Positions 1 through 19,509 of a stretch of 64,000 nucleotides of DNA are shown one piece after another; the stretch's first letter is position 1, and every line of letters begins with the position of its first letter. Made by a program: the position numbers and the translations under genes. Where the stretch lies: assembly GCA_963693365.1 (NCBI GenBank), contig CAVNZM010000001.1, forward strand, positions 14,804,418-14,868,417, written 5' to 3'. The notes below the pieces were generated by a model that saw nothing but the letters and a program-made list of their open reading frames with translations, did not search any database and was not told where the DNA came from. The DNA comes from Amoebidium appalachense (lineage: Eukaryota; Protista; Ichthyosporea).

Positions 1-18
1 TCGACTATTTTTGTACTA

Positions 19-72
<54 letters not shown>

Positions 73-289
73 ACACACCTCCTCCTCCCATCCCTACTTC
101 CGGGTCCCCCTCCCTCTTCTTTCTCCCCCAACTACACTGCCTACCCCCCTCCCCCCCCCCCCCCCCCCCCCCCTCTCCCCCCTCCCCCCTTCGCCCATCC
201 CTCCCCATAGCCCCTCATCTGGGCGCACACATTTGCTTGTGTGTGTACTCCCCCCCCCCCCCCCCCCCCCCCCCGCGCATGTATGTGTG

Positions 290-325
<36 letters not shown>

Positions 326-493
326 CCAACCAAAAAAAAAAAAAAAGACATAGATGGCAACAAAGTCTAATTTTTGCGTGCCCGACCCCGACCCGGCACA
401 GATAAAGATGGTGGTTGATGGGACCTGACCACATGTACGCGCATTTGGAAGCGCCCGCCAACTTGTATGATTTTTTACATATCCACACACACA

Positions 494-659
<166 letters not shown>

Positions 660-1128
660 CCCCTTTCCTGCCTCCTCTTTACCCGCTCGTGCACGCACGC
701 ATGCGCATGCACATGCGCATTGCATGCGCATACACATGCACGCACACACGGACAGTTACACACACACACGCGCGTGCGCGCGCGCACACACACACACACA
801 TGCACGCACGTACGCACACACGCAACCACGCACGGAGAGAGACACGCACGTACCGACACACATACACGCACACACATGCACACGCACGCGCACACGCACA
901 CGCACACACACACATACGCGCACACACACACATACGCACACACTTACGCAGCCACGTACAGAGAAACACACAGACTCACAGACTCACACATACACACACA
1001 CATACACATACACACACACACATACATACACACACACACACACATACACACTCGTACGCGAGCCTTGTGCCCGCATACCTAACTAGAGTCTATGGTATGT
1101 GCATTGCTGACAAAACAGTATCTTACAG

Positions 1129-9146
<8,018 letters not shown>

Positions 9147-9502
9147 ATGCCGCCAGTTTGAAATGGATGTGTTTTCCTTTTTTTTTTTTTTTTTTTTTTC
9201 CCGGTTTGTTTGGTGTAGTCTTTCTGAGATGTTTTTATTTTCAACTGAATTGTTGTTTAGTATGTAATACGATAACGGCTAGTATCTCTGTATATAGTTA
9301 TTTTGGGTGAGTGGTTGCAGATCTGGGTGTCACTGATACGACTTTTTTTTTTTTTTTTTTTTTGGCTTCTTTCAGTTTAACTTGCGGACATTCCTTATGC
9401 CAGTCCCAGGATATGTTGCTTTCACACGTGTTTGTGTCATTGATGAGTCGAGTTTGGTCCCTTCATGTGATTTTTCATTGCGTTGGGAGTAACTCGTGTG
9501 TC

Positions 9503-9534
<32 letters not shown>

Positions 9535-9545
9535 GCGGGGCGGGA

Positions 9546-9580
<35 letters not shown>

Positions 9581-10776
9581 GTCTTTCAAAGTGTAGATAT
9601 GAAGATTCATAAGACGCAGAGGCAAGAGGCCCGTGCATTGTCTAGTTGAAGTATAGTGTGTGGATGTTGGTAGTGGTGTGTGGTAGGTAAAATGGCAGGA
9701 GGATGGTTATGTGTAGGTGGATTCCTGGAAAGTTTTTGTGTTGTGTAGGTTCTTTTTTTTTTTCCTTTTTGAAATTCGGGTATGTATAGGCATGCACAGA
9801 GCCTCATGCATAGGGGTGTTTAAACTTGGCAGGGTTAGCAGGGCACACATACACAGAAAGCACAATTGTACACAGCACACACGCAAACACACAAGTGCAA
9901 ACTATTTACACAACAGACAATTAGGCACACACATGGTCATTCGAAGTTCCGTATGTATTTATGCACACTTTGGTATTCTTTAGGGTAGCACTGGTCATTT
10001 TTCTTTCTGGCAACAGTTTATGGGATTTCTCCATACATATCCAACAGCAATAACCACATGTACATCATGACATGATTGATGGTATGTATGGTCTCAGTTC
10101 ATTCAACTTCATTGAATTCTGCAATACATGGGATACACATATCCACATTGGGCCTATATACGTATTCGGTATCTGCTGATCGAGCAAGTAATGGGTGCAA
10201 ATGATGTTAGCCATGGCAGGCAAGCATGGCACTGGGCCGCTGTGCATGCTGAAGAGTTGATGCATGTGTCATGCAGACCAAGGCCTCCTAGATAAACTAT
10301 CATCTATGTAGCAGCCTGGAGGCCTTGATGCAGGGGGTTTACACACTTTTTATGCACCCGTTACCCCCCCCCCCCCAAAAAAAATCATAAAACGTTATAA
10401 AAAACGTAGGAATATGCCGACGCATGTTGTACAATGTTATACTTGTCAGCTGCTGGTACCAGTGAGTGTGTTTGCTTGTAAGATGTGTGCATGTATACAC
10501 CAGTATGTCTTGTGTCCACATGCGATTACGGAACTTGGCCTTTTTCGGCCCACTTTCCCCAAAGCCCCCTGTACAGATACCGTCCGCGAATAAGAACCCC
10601 GCCAATAAGATTTCGCCCCCGTCAAAATCGATTTTTTTTTAATATTCTCCCCCCCGGCTAGTTTTCGGGATGATCTTATTGACGGTCGGTGAATAAATCA
10701 TGCCTCCCCCTTCACTAAGATTCTGACCCCGACCCTCTAAACAATTTTAAGATTCCGCCACCCGCGGCCGGCCACA

Positions 10777-13764
10777 TTTTTTTTTTTTTTTTTTTTTTTT
10801 ATCTTTTGACTGGATTTATTCGACGGAAAGATATGCAAGTATGCACGGCATACTGAGAAGACAATAAAAACTTTTTTTTCTTTTGACTGGATTTATTCGA
10901 CGGAAAGATATGACAAGTATGCACGGCATACTGAGAAGACAATAAAAAAAAAAACTTCACGAGTTATCCAGTAACAAGTGCATACTGAGATACCTGAACA
11001 CAGTGTGAATATCATATAAATACTCAATGTGACGACCAACAGAATTCAACAAAAAGTCTAAAGTGTTCACATTGCCAGCTAGTGTAGCAGATACCCGGAG
11101 GGAAAGAGGCAAAACGCGACATAAAAATTCACACCTATCAACATGCTTGCGATTAAAAAGGTCAGCACAAAAGTGGCACCAGCGGCGATGAAAACAAGAA
11201 TTACAGCGCCACTGCACAACTTCCCAGGCAATATCAACATCAGAGCACCATACAGACTTATCTACTAGGGTGGTATCCATACGTACAGCAGGAGAAATGT
11301 ATCCTGCCAAAGCTCCCAAAAAGCGATAATGATCAGTACGGTGTTGCCTAAGGAACATAACACATGCCGACTGAGTTTTACCTTTGATTTCTCTATCAGA
11401 ACGAGAAAGAAACTTATACTGCGTATGGTAATAACGCGAAAAGGCAGAAAAAACAGGAAGAGAAAAGAAAGAGGGAGTGAGATAGCGAGAGGAAGAACCA
11501 GGTGGAAAGAGGGTAGGCTGAGGACATTCAGAAGTAGCGTTGGTGAATCGGGGGGGAAGAGGAATGGAGGGAGGGGGGGAAAGAAAGCATAAAGAGGGTG
11601 ACCATCAGGTAGCCTAACTAAATGAAAACAAAAACGAAGAGACAATTCCTCCATACGACAAACAGCAGACGACAAACCAAACATACTGATTAAGGGAGGC
11701 ACAAACCGAGTACGAAACAAAGTGCGTAGCGCAGTACCCTGAAAATCGTCGAACTCGTTCAGCGCCATTGCCGCCTCGCGAGGTGGGGCGCAGGCCAATA
11801 GCGGAAGTCCATATTCGAAAGTCGGCCGTAAAAAAGTTTTATAGTAGAGAAGAAGGTTCGCAGGATGGATCACAGACTCCTGTTGAAACATATTTGACAC
11901 GATGTGAAGCTTACCCTTCGCACGAGCGATCCGTGCTGTGAGGAGCTTGCGGAAATCAATACCCCGTGCAGTAAAAGGAATACCCAAATAGTCATAGGTG
12001 CTCTGAACAGGAATAGGAAGGCCGGCCAATCGAAAGGAAGTGTTCTTCGAAAAAGTAGCACACTTTGCAATTCCGACTGTCATGAAATTCTCGGTGCACC
12101 ATTGATCCACCTGACGAAGGAGACCCGGTACACGACGGGTATGTAGTTGGCCAAAGGGTTCGAGGGCGCAGGCTAAATCGTCAATGAAAACGTCAAACAA
12201 CAACGGACTCAGGAGGGACCCCTGCAGAAGACCCCGGGAACGGGAAAAACCGGGTGTTAATGTTCCATTGACCGCCGCGCGTCCGCGAGTGGTATCGAAC
12301 AACGCTTGCAGAAGACGGCCAAAGGGGGCTGGTAAGCCCCGCATAGCTAGCTTATGCCATAACAAACCAGTGGGTACGGTGTCGTAGGCGTTCTTAAGGT
12401 CGATGAAGACAACGTGTGGAGAGCCAGAAGTAATGGATTCATGGAGTAACAGACTGTGAGTATAACACGAATAGGCATGACGAAAGCCCCCTTGAAGGGA
12501 AGAAAGACGGAACACGGCGTTTAGAGAATCGTCGGTGTTAAACGCGCGAAGCATGCAACCCTCGAAGAGCCGACGAAAAACGTTGGTAAGTGTGACGGGA
12601 CGAAAGTCGTTAATGACCCCCTGCGATACCTTCTTACGAACGGGCGTAACGATTGTGTCAAGCCACGAATTTGGAATAAACCCGAGTTCGAAAAAAGCCG
12701 AAAAAAACTCACTAAGAAGGACAGCAAAAGGCGGGGGCGGGGGGGACTCTGCACGATTACGGGGCGGAAGCACGGGAGAAAGAACCTTGAAAAGCACGGG
12801 AGGAAGAGCATCCGGCCCGCACGCCTTGCGGGGTTTTAACGCCCGTATAGCACCAAAAACAGCCGAAGAGTTGAAATAACTATGAAAAGTGCCCGGGAAC
12901 GATCGGTCCGGCTCCCAACTTGGCGGCTGGGAGAGGCCAGCGGGCGGTGATGGAACCGTGGACACGTTAGGAAGCGAAAAGAGGGAAGCATAATAGTCAT
13001 CGACGGATTCAGCAACGGAGATGGAAGGAGACGGGGCATAGACTTGCACGGAAGGCCCAAACCGACCGGCGGATTTCCAGACCGATAATGCTTCCTGTAG
13101 AGGCAACAACTGTCGTAGGGACTGCAAAACGTGAGACTGTCTCAGCCGAACGGAAGGGTACTCAACCGTGCCCACCACCTGCTCGCCAAGGGCAAATAGG
13201 AACACAACAAACTCATTATAACAAACCTCCAAAATAGCCGGGTTCCGCTGCGCACGGGCGTCGCGCACTGCGGCAAGAAAGAAGCCATGAACCGACTCAT
13301 ACTCCTTGACAGCGAGTAACTGGTTTAACTTGTGCTTGAAACCGCGAGATAAGAGGCGGCGGTTAGTCTGAGTAGCCCCGCCGAAGTGAACAGGGAAGGA
13401 AACCGAAAATTCTACAGGGGAATGGTCCGAACTACGCCGTAAGGAATCGGGTGGGGAAATTACTCGAAGGGTGGAGTCCCAAAACGAGGCACCCCAGTCA
13501 GTCGCGTGGTTAACGAAAACGCGAGGAAGACGGACAAGGTGCTTTCGAAGAAGGTTGGCGAGGACACGAGCAATAAAAACTTCACGAGTTATCCAGTAAC
13601 AAGTGCATACTGAGATACCTGAACACTGTGTGAAAATCATATAAATACTCAATGACAGAATTCAACAAAAAGTCTAAAGTGTTCACATTGCCAGCTAGTG
13701 TAGCAGATACCCGGAGGGAAAGAGGTAAAACGCGACATAAAAATTCACACCTATCAACATGCTT
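10777..13764 (-). mobile_element. 5'-truncated non-LTR retrotransposon (LINE) with doubled 3' tail and a duplicated 3' segment at its 5' end
   Basis: RT ORF, C-terminal CCHC region, two tandem 3' UTR units with AATAAA and A-tail (10777-10955), and a ~190-bp direct repeat at 10953-11148 / 13577-13764. Confidence 0.88.
10957..13570 (-). pseudogene. Non-LTR reverse transcriptase ORF, inactive (catalytic [YF]ADD segment missing, frameshift near 11360, no endonuclease)
   Basis: Motifs KACGPD, FRPVTLTNVFRRLFE, QGGFR, FIDLKNAYDTV, GLLQGSLLSPLLF..FIDDL, YDYLG; ...VPGLLRQVDQW lacks FADD; CHFCADLFNRKHVDRC zinc knuckle lies in a second frame (10957-11358). Confidence 0.9.
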
Positions 13765-13980
13765 TTATTTTTTTTAATGACTTTATTGATATGCTCAGCA
13801 AAATAGAAGCCATCGAGATATCACCGATATCTCGGAGAAGAAAATACAAAAGCCCTCACTCTCGGATACGGAGGAGATAACGACTTAAATAATCATGGCA
13901 GGTATACTATTTGAAAGGCTTTCGTTTCTTCTTTTTGCGGTGGGAGGCCTAGGAGTCCCACTCAGGGGAACGTGACTGCA
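13765..13980 (-). mobile_element. LINE-like 3' tail fragment (family B: hairpin + CAATAAAGTCATT-An); inner boundary approximate
   Basis: The same terminus recurs at ~33143 and ~33872; hairpin CGAGATATC-acc-GATATCTCG at ~13813-13833. Confidence 0.6.
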
Positions 13981-14055
13981 GCGTGTGTGTGGTGTGGCCT
14001 GGTGTGACATATACTAATCCGTCTCAGCAGATTAGCCTAAGTCTACGATCGAGAT

Positions 14056-14089
<34 letters not shown>

Positions 14090-14985
14090 GGCCCGGGTCC
14101 ACAGATCATCAAGATCAAGTCCGGGGCCTCAAGATAGCTGTGCAGCTGCGTGCATCATCTTGCCTCTGCCGGCGCAGGGCAGGACCACGTCAGCTGGGAC
14201 AGCCGACCAATAGAATTCTAATTAGTGTGTAGGATAGTATCGTAGGAGGACTTAGGAATGTGATTGTTCGGGCAGAAGCCCTTTGTAAATATTGGCAAGT
14301 TTTGATAGTGCTTGAGAAGTGGTTTCTTCAACGCCTGGTGGTCCACTGCAACATATGGGAACTTCTACACGCTGTCTACGCTTCTACGCGACCTATTGGC
14401 GGTGGGCTGCTGCAACTTCTTCAGCTACTTCTGCGCTGCGTGAGTGGAGGGGCGGCTACTTGGTCGGGGAGCTTTCCAAGTGACTGCCAGTCCTTAGCCT
14501 CCAGTCGTATGGCAATGACCGGGTTTGCTTGCATGCATTCTGTAACTGTGTTTTTCTGTGTGTCCTGCCACAACTAGGCCACCTTATCAGAGAGCTAGAT
14601 GCAGTTTCTCCGGGTTATATAGGGGCCGGGCCCGTTGGGATTGTTTTTTAGCTCAGATTTGGTCTGCATTGCTCTTTTAGAGGCTGACTTGCTTGCTGTG
14701 CCTCGGTAGTTTTTGAGGGGGGCCTGTTGGGAAGCAGCAGTAATGATGTCTTCTTGCGGAGTGTGGTCTGGTCAACATCGATGCATATGACTAGTTGGAG
14801 CAAACTAGTTTCATGCATACACGTACACTTAAGGTTTTGCCCGCTGGTGTCCTTTGTCACTTGTCGCTTTATTTTTATTACGTAGCTTTGGCTTTTGCAG
14901 TTCTATTGGTGGTTATGTTGCCTGTGGCTGCACGTTGCCTTCATCAACGGATCAATAAACCCGAGCCAAAAGAAAAAAAAAAATA
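14090..14985 (+). mobile_element. Degenerate LINE 3' fragment ending CATCAACGGATCAATAAACCCGAGCCAAAAG-An; 5' boundary uncertain
   Basis: Terminus matches the reverse complement of ~33978-34020 and resembles the RT element tail (AATAAATCCAGTCAAAAG-An). Confidence 0.5.
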
Positions 14986-15665
14986 ATCATACACCCTAGA
15001 AAACTCATTAAACATACAGATAGTCAATAGACGTAATTTGGGGGGTTCTTATTCGCGGACGCTATCTGTATATGGGCACACATGCACATGATTCTCCTAC
15101 ATACTTTATTTTATACATTTGCTTAGTGTTGTGACATGACAACTTCGTCGAGTATCGTTGGTACTTACAGTAGTAACACTCCTGGCCCCGGGGGCTGATA
15201 TTGATATAGCTAAGACGCTAAGACCAGGTTCCCAGTGACCGTAAGACAGGCGTGAAGAAGTCCCTCCTCCCCTTCCCCCCCCCCCCCCCCCCCCCTCCCG
15301 CCCCCTCCCTACACACACACACATACACACATACACACACACAAGCATGCTCACACACACACACCACCTTCTCCTCCCACACATGCACACACGGAAAAAA
15401 ATAAATAAAGAAGCTTCAAGAAGAAATCAAAGAAAAAGAAGAAGACTTAAAAGAACTAACAAAGAACAGCAGTGTCACGCGTTGAGCCAGCACAGCTCCG
15501 GAGTTCGTTGAGTACTAGTTTTTTCCCCTTAATTAAGTTTCACCTGTTTTTTTCCTTTTTTCTAGCCTCCTCCGGATCCTTCGTTTTCAGCTTTTATTTT
15601 TCTTTTTTCTCTTTTTCCCTTTTCGTTTTTTTTTTCTCTTGTGTGTGCTTTTGTGTGTGGTACAT

Positions 15666-15737
<72 letters not shown>

Positions 15738-15769
15738 GTGTGTCTGTGTGTTTGTGTGTGTGTCACTGT

Positions 15770-18700
15770 TGTAAACAGTTGGACTAGTTAGGATAAGGCA
15801 GAGTACAACTGAATCAAAATAAAGACAGAGAACGGGTAGAAAGGCACACGCGGCCAGGTTGCTTTTACTATGGGCCGACTCAGTCTGTCTCAGACTTCAC
15901 TGATGTGATCCCCGTACTGGGACGGCTTTGTTATATAGCCCCCAGGTTTCGGATCAAGGCCCAGGATTGCTTCATCCGCGGCCAGCGCGGGTGGCAACAT
16001 GCCATTCGTGATTCTGGTGCGGTCCAAGCCAGTCAGACCTTCGTCCTATTTATGCAAACATCTTATTGGTTCACTTCGTTTATGTGGTATGCAGCGGTAG
16101 AATCATACATGGTTCATTTCTTAGGTAAGATTGATTCCTATTGGTGTGGACATAATATTTATGTGATATTCATGACAAAGAACGAATTGTGTGCTAGTAG
16201 ATCACATTCTTTAGTAAACATGTACAGTTCATGTGTACAGTTGTTTACACTCCCCCCCTTGTCGGGAGCCTGGTGGTGTCGTTAGGCAAGCAAACCACCA
16301 GGCTGAGAGGCGATAAACAACCTTCAGCGAGAATTCTTGTGCGCCGAGCTGCTGGGCAGAACAGAGCAAGGATGGTTGAATAGAGTTGTGCACGTCTATG
16401 AGCACTTCTTCGTTTGCCAAAACGTAAATTCATGCAGCATTCTTCTGTGCGTTCATTTTCGTGGCGAAGATTGTTGCAGAGTGTTCGTGCGAATTGTTCG
16501 CTTCGTCTCTGTGCTTGGCTTTTTCTGTAGAAGTAATATTTTCCTTTTTGGGAATTTTTCCTTTTTAGGATACTCCCGCAGATTCGTTTTCAATTGCGAG
16601 TAATTTGGTTGTGTGGATGAATGATCATACCAAGCATTCGATAATGAATATAACTCAAGCCTTAGGTCACTTCGTAGCTCAGGTAGTGGTGGATAGCTTC
16701 AAGGCTTAGCCGCTGCTCCTTATCCCGGTTCTACCTTAAGACTGTAAGGCGAGTCGCCATGGCCAGAAAAGCCACTTCTTTCATGAACAAATAGCACTTC
16801 TTTCCTTTCAGCTTTAACCCTGCATCATCGGAGCTGGGAAAAACATGAATAAAAATGCCCCAAGTGTTCTTCGTTGGGCGACATAAAGAAATATATCAGC
16901 CCGTCAGAATTCGAACCAGTAAAAACCCGGTTCATAATTCATAAGAAGAGGGTAGGCAAAGCAAACCTTCTTCAGAAAACACATGCTTCCATTCGTGAGC
17001 AGTTTTCGTATCCCATTTGCCAGCCATTTTCGTTGAGCAGGGGGATTCCAGGCATAATACATTCTTCTGGAGGCTTGGCCTAAAAAGAAAAGTCGTCGCA
17101 GTCGCCCTTTCTTTTGTAAGCAACTTCGTGAGCGCGCTTCGTGTTTTCATATCCTCCAGTGCAGGTCTGGATGGTGCCCCATCCTCTGCTTCATTTGTAG
17201 GTGGCCCTACTGTAGGTTCTGTTCGTTGTGTGGAATACCAAAACCATTCGTATTCGTGGAACTGCTTTGTGCTGTGCTTTCTTTCGTGTTGGTGTTCATG
17301 AAGTTACCCCGTTCACACACCCTACTTCTTACATACATTAGATGTAAGTAGCTGCCTGGTGAGTGTGTGGTTCGTGTTCGTGGCATTCTTCTGTTCCTTC
17401 GTGAGAAGAATATTCGTTTTAGCAGAGGTGCCCAATAAGGCAGCTTGTGGGGTTGTCTCCCGCATGTGCCCATTGGTGGGGTATGCACGTGCTAAATTGT
17501 TACAGTGTCATCATATTGCAAGGGAATAACATGGTCACCTCCGTACCAGGGCCTAGGTACACATGATGGTCCGATGTGTTAGTCAACAACACCTTGCATT
17601 CGTATTCGTATTCGTCTTCCACGTCACTTTCTTCAGTAGTGAAGGAGGGTATTCGTAATTCGAAACTGAAAGGCTTCCAGCCAAAATACTGACACTGTAT
17701 GCTGGGGTTGTGAGGGAACGGTGCCCATACCACATTCTTTTGTTCTGGTGGGGGTGTGCCGGCAGCTAGTGCAAGGCTTGACAGTGTAATTGGTATGTTA
17801 CACCGTATTGCCACAGACGGGCATTCACCTTAAAATTCGTACCCAACACCTTCTTTGTTTTTCACATGCATGAACAAAAGTTCTGCATCGACTTTATTAC
17901 ATGCCTTTTGTGCACCAAGAGTGCAAATTCGTTAGGGCGTGGCACCAGGAAGGGCCGCCATACATGAGGCATATGTTCGTAATGTGTTTAGGCATGCCAG
18001 CATACATTCATGCGCATGTTGTGCATCCTGTGCGCTAAACTATGGGGCATGCTGTATTCGAAAACAGCAAGAAATTCGAAGCATGCATGCAAAACTACTT
18101 TCACAGCACCTTATGTCCTCAATGCTATAGGAACAGCGACTATCTTCTTCTTTAAATGCATTCGTGCTGAAAGTGGCCGTGCATCTGGCTTGCGAGTGTG
18201 GAGGTGCATGCGGTGGCATGGACACGATGACAGTGTGCAATAGCGCAATGCACGCAAGGGCAACGGTTTTCTTTTCTTCGTAACATAGAGGGGGCTGTGT
18301 GCATTGCAACCCAAGCAGTGTTGTGCATTCGTTCTTTCATTTTCGTATTTCCATTTCATTTTGCTTTCGTTTTTCGTTTTTTGTCGTTTGATAACTTCGT
18401 TACTTTGTTTTGTTTTGTGTTGCATTCATTCGTATTTCCTCTATGCATTCGCTTGTCGTTAATTCTTTATTTCATTGCGTATTCGTGATGGTTCGTTTTT
18501 CGTTGGTTCATTGCTTCGTTAGCAATTCTTTATTCGTTTGTTCGTGTATTCGTTGTTTCGTTGTGTATTCGTTTTTCTTCACATTTTTGATGTGTCGTAG
18601 CAAAAGAAGTTTTACATGCTTTCAATTCTTTCCGTGTAGGTGGGCTGGCCACTTCAAACTTGTAGGTGTATATATTCTAAGCCGGACAAGGAAAGATGTG

Positions 18701-19361
18701 CCTATCATCGGGGTAAAAAGGATTGTGATCGGCCATGGGAGATTCTTGAGCTGATTGAAAGATGTGAGATTCTTGAACTGATTGAAAGATGTGAGATTCG
18801 AAGGATGCGAGATTCTTGAACTGCGCGGTCGCCAATGTAAACAGTTGGCAATGTAAAACAGTGTCCTGCCGCGGTCGCCAATGTAAACAGTTGGACTAGT
18901 TAGGATAAGGCAGAGTACAACTGAATCAAAATAAAGACAGAGAACGGGTAGAAAGGCACACGCGGCCAGGTTGCTTTTACTATGGGCCGACTCAGTCTGT
19001 CTCAGACTTCACTGATGTGATCCCCGTACTGGGACGGCTTTGTTATATAGCCCCCAGGTTTCGGATCAAGGCCCAGGATTGCTTCATCCGCGGCCAGCGC
19101 GGGTGGCAACATGCCATTCGTGATTCTGGTGCGGTCCAAGCCAGTCAGACCTTCGTCCTATTTATGCAAACATCTTATTGGTTCACTTCGTTTATGTGGT
19201 ATGCAGCGGTAGAATCATACATGGTTCATTTCTTAGGTAAGATTGATTCCTATTGGTGTGGACATAATATTTATGTGATATTCATGACAAAGAACGAATT
19301 GTGTGCTAGTAGATCACATTCTTTAGTAAACATGTACAGTTCATGTGTACAGTTGTTTACA
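15770..19361 (-). mobile_element. Non-autonomous LTR retrotransposon, intact structure, recent insertion
   Basis: 480-bp TG...CA LTRs at 15770-16249 and 18882-19361 that look identical; 5-bp TSD ACTGT (15765-15769, 19362-19366); polypurine tract at 16250-16260 on the minus strand; PBS at 18863-18880. No RT or integrase seen inside. Confidence 0.95.
18863..18880 (-). promoter_or_regulatory. Primer-binding site, probably tRNA-Arg
   Basis: Minus strand TGGCGACCGCGGCAGGAC one base from the 5' LTR; the complement GTCCTGCCGCGGTCGCCA matches my recollection of a eukaryotic tRNA-Arg(TCG) 3' end plus CCA. Confidence 0.8.
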
Positions 19362-19367
19362 ACTGTG

Positions 19368-19419
<52 letters not shown>

Positions 19420-19450
19420 ACTTTGTGTGTGTGTGTGTATGTTGGGGGGA

Positions 19451-19509
<59 letters not shown>

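Larger units (their letters stand above)
10574..15068. mobile_element. Tc1/mariner(pogo)-type non-autonomous DNA transposon shell with nested LINE fragments
   Basis: 27-bp TIR CAGATA(C/G)CGTCCGCGAATAAGAACCCC at 10574-10600 and inverted at 15042-15068 (1 mismatch), with TA on both sides. No transposase seen. Confidence 0.85.

Noticed and set aside
10332-10571. Possible hAT-like MITE (CAGGGGGTTT...AAGCCCCCTG)
   Set aside because: The inverted match is only ~10 bp and there is no target-site duplication.
15905-16285. 126-aa and 181-aa ORFs duplicated at 15905 and 19017
   Set aside because: They lie inside the two LTRs, have no ATG start and no recognisable motifs.
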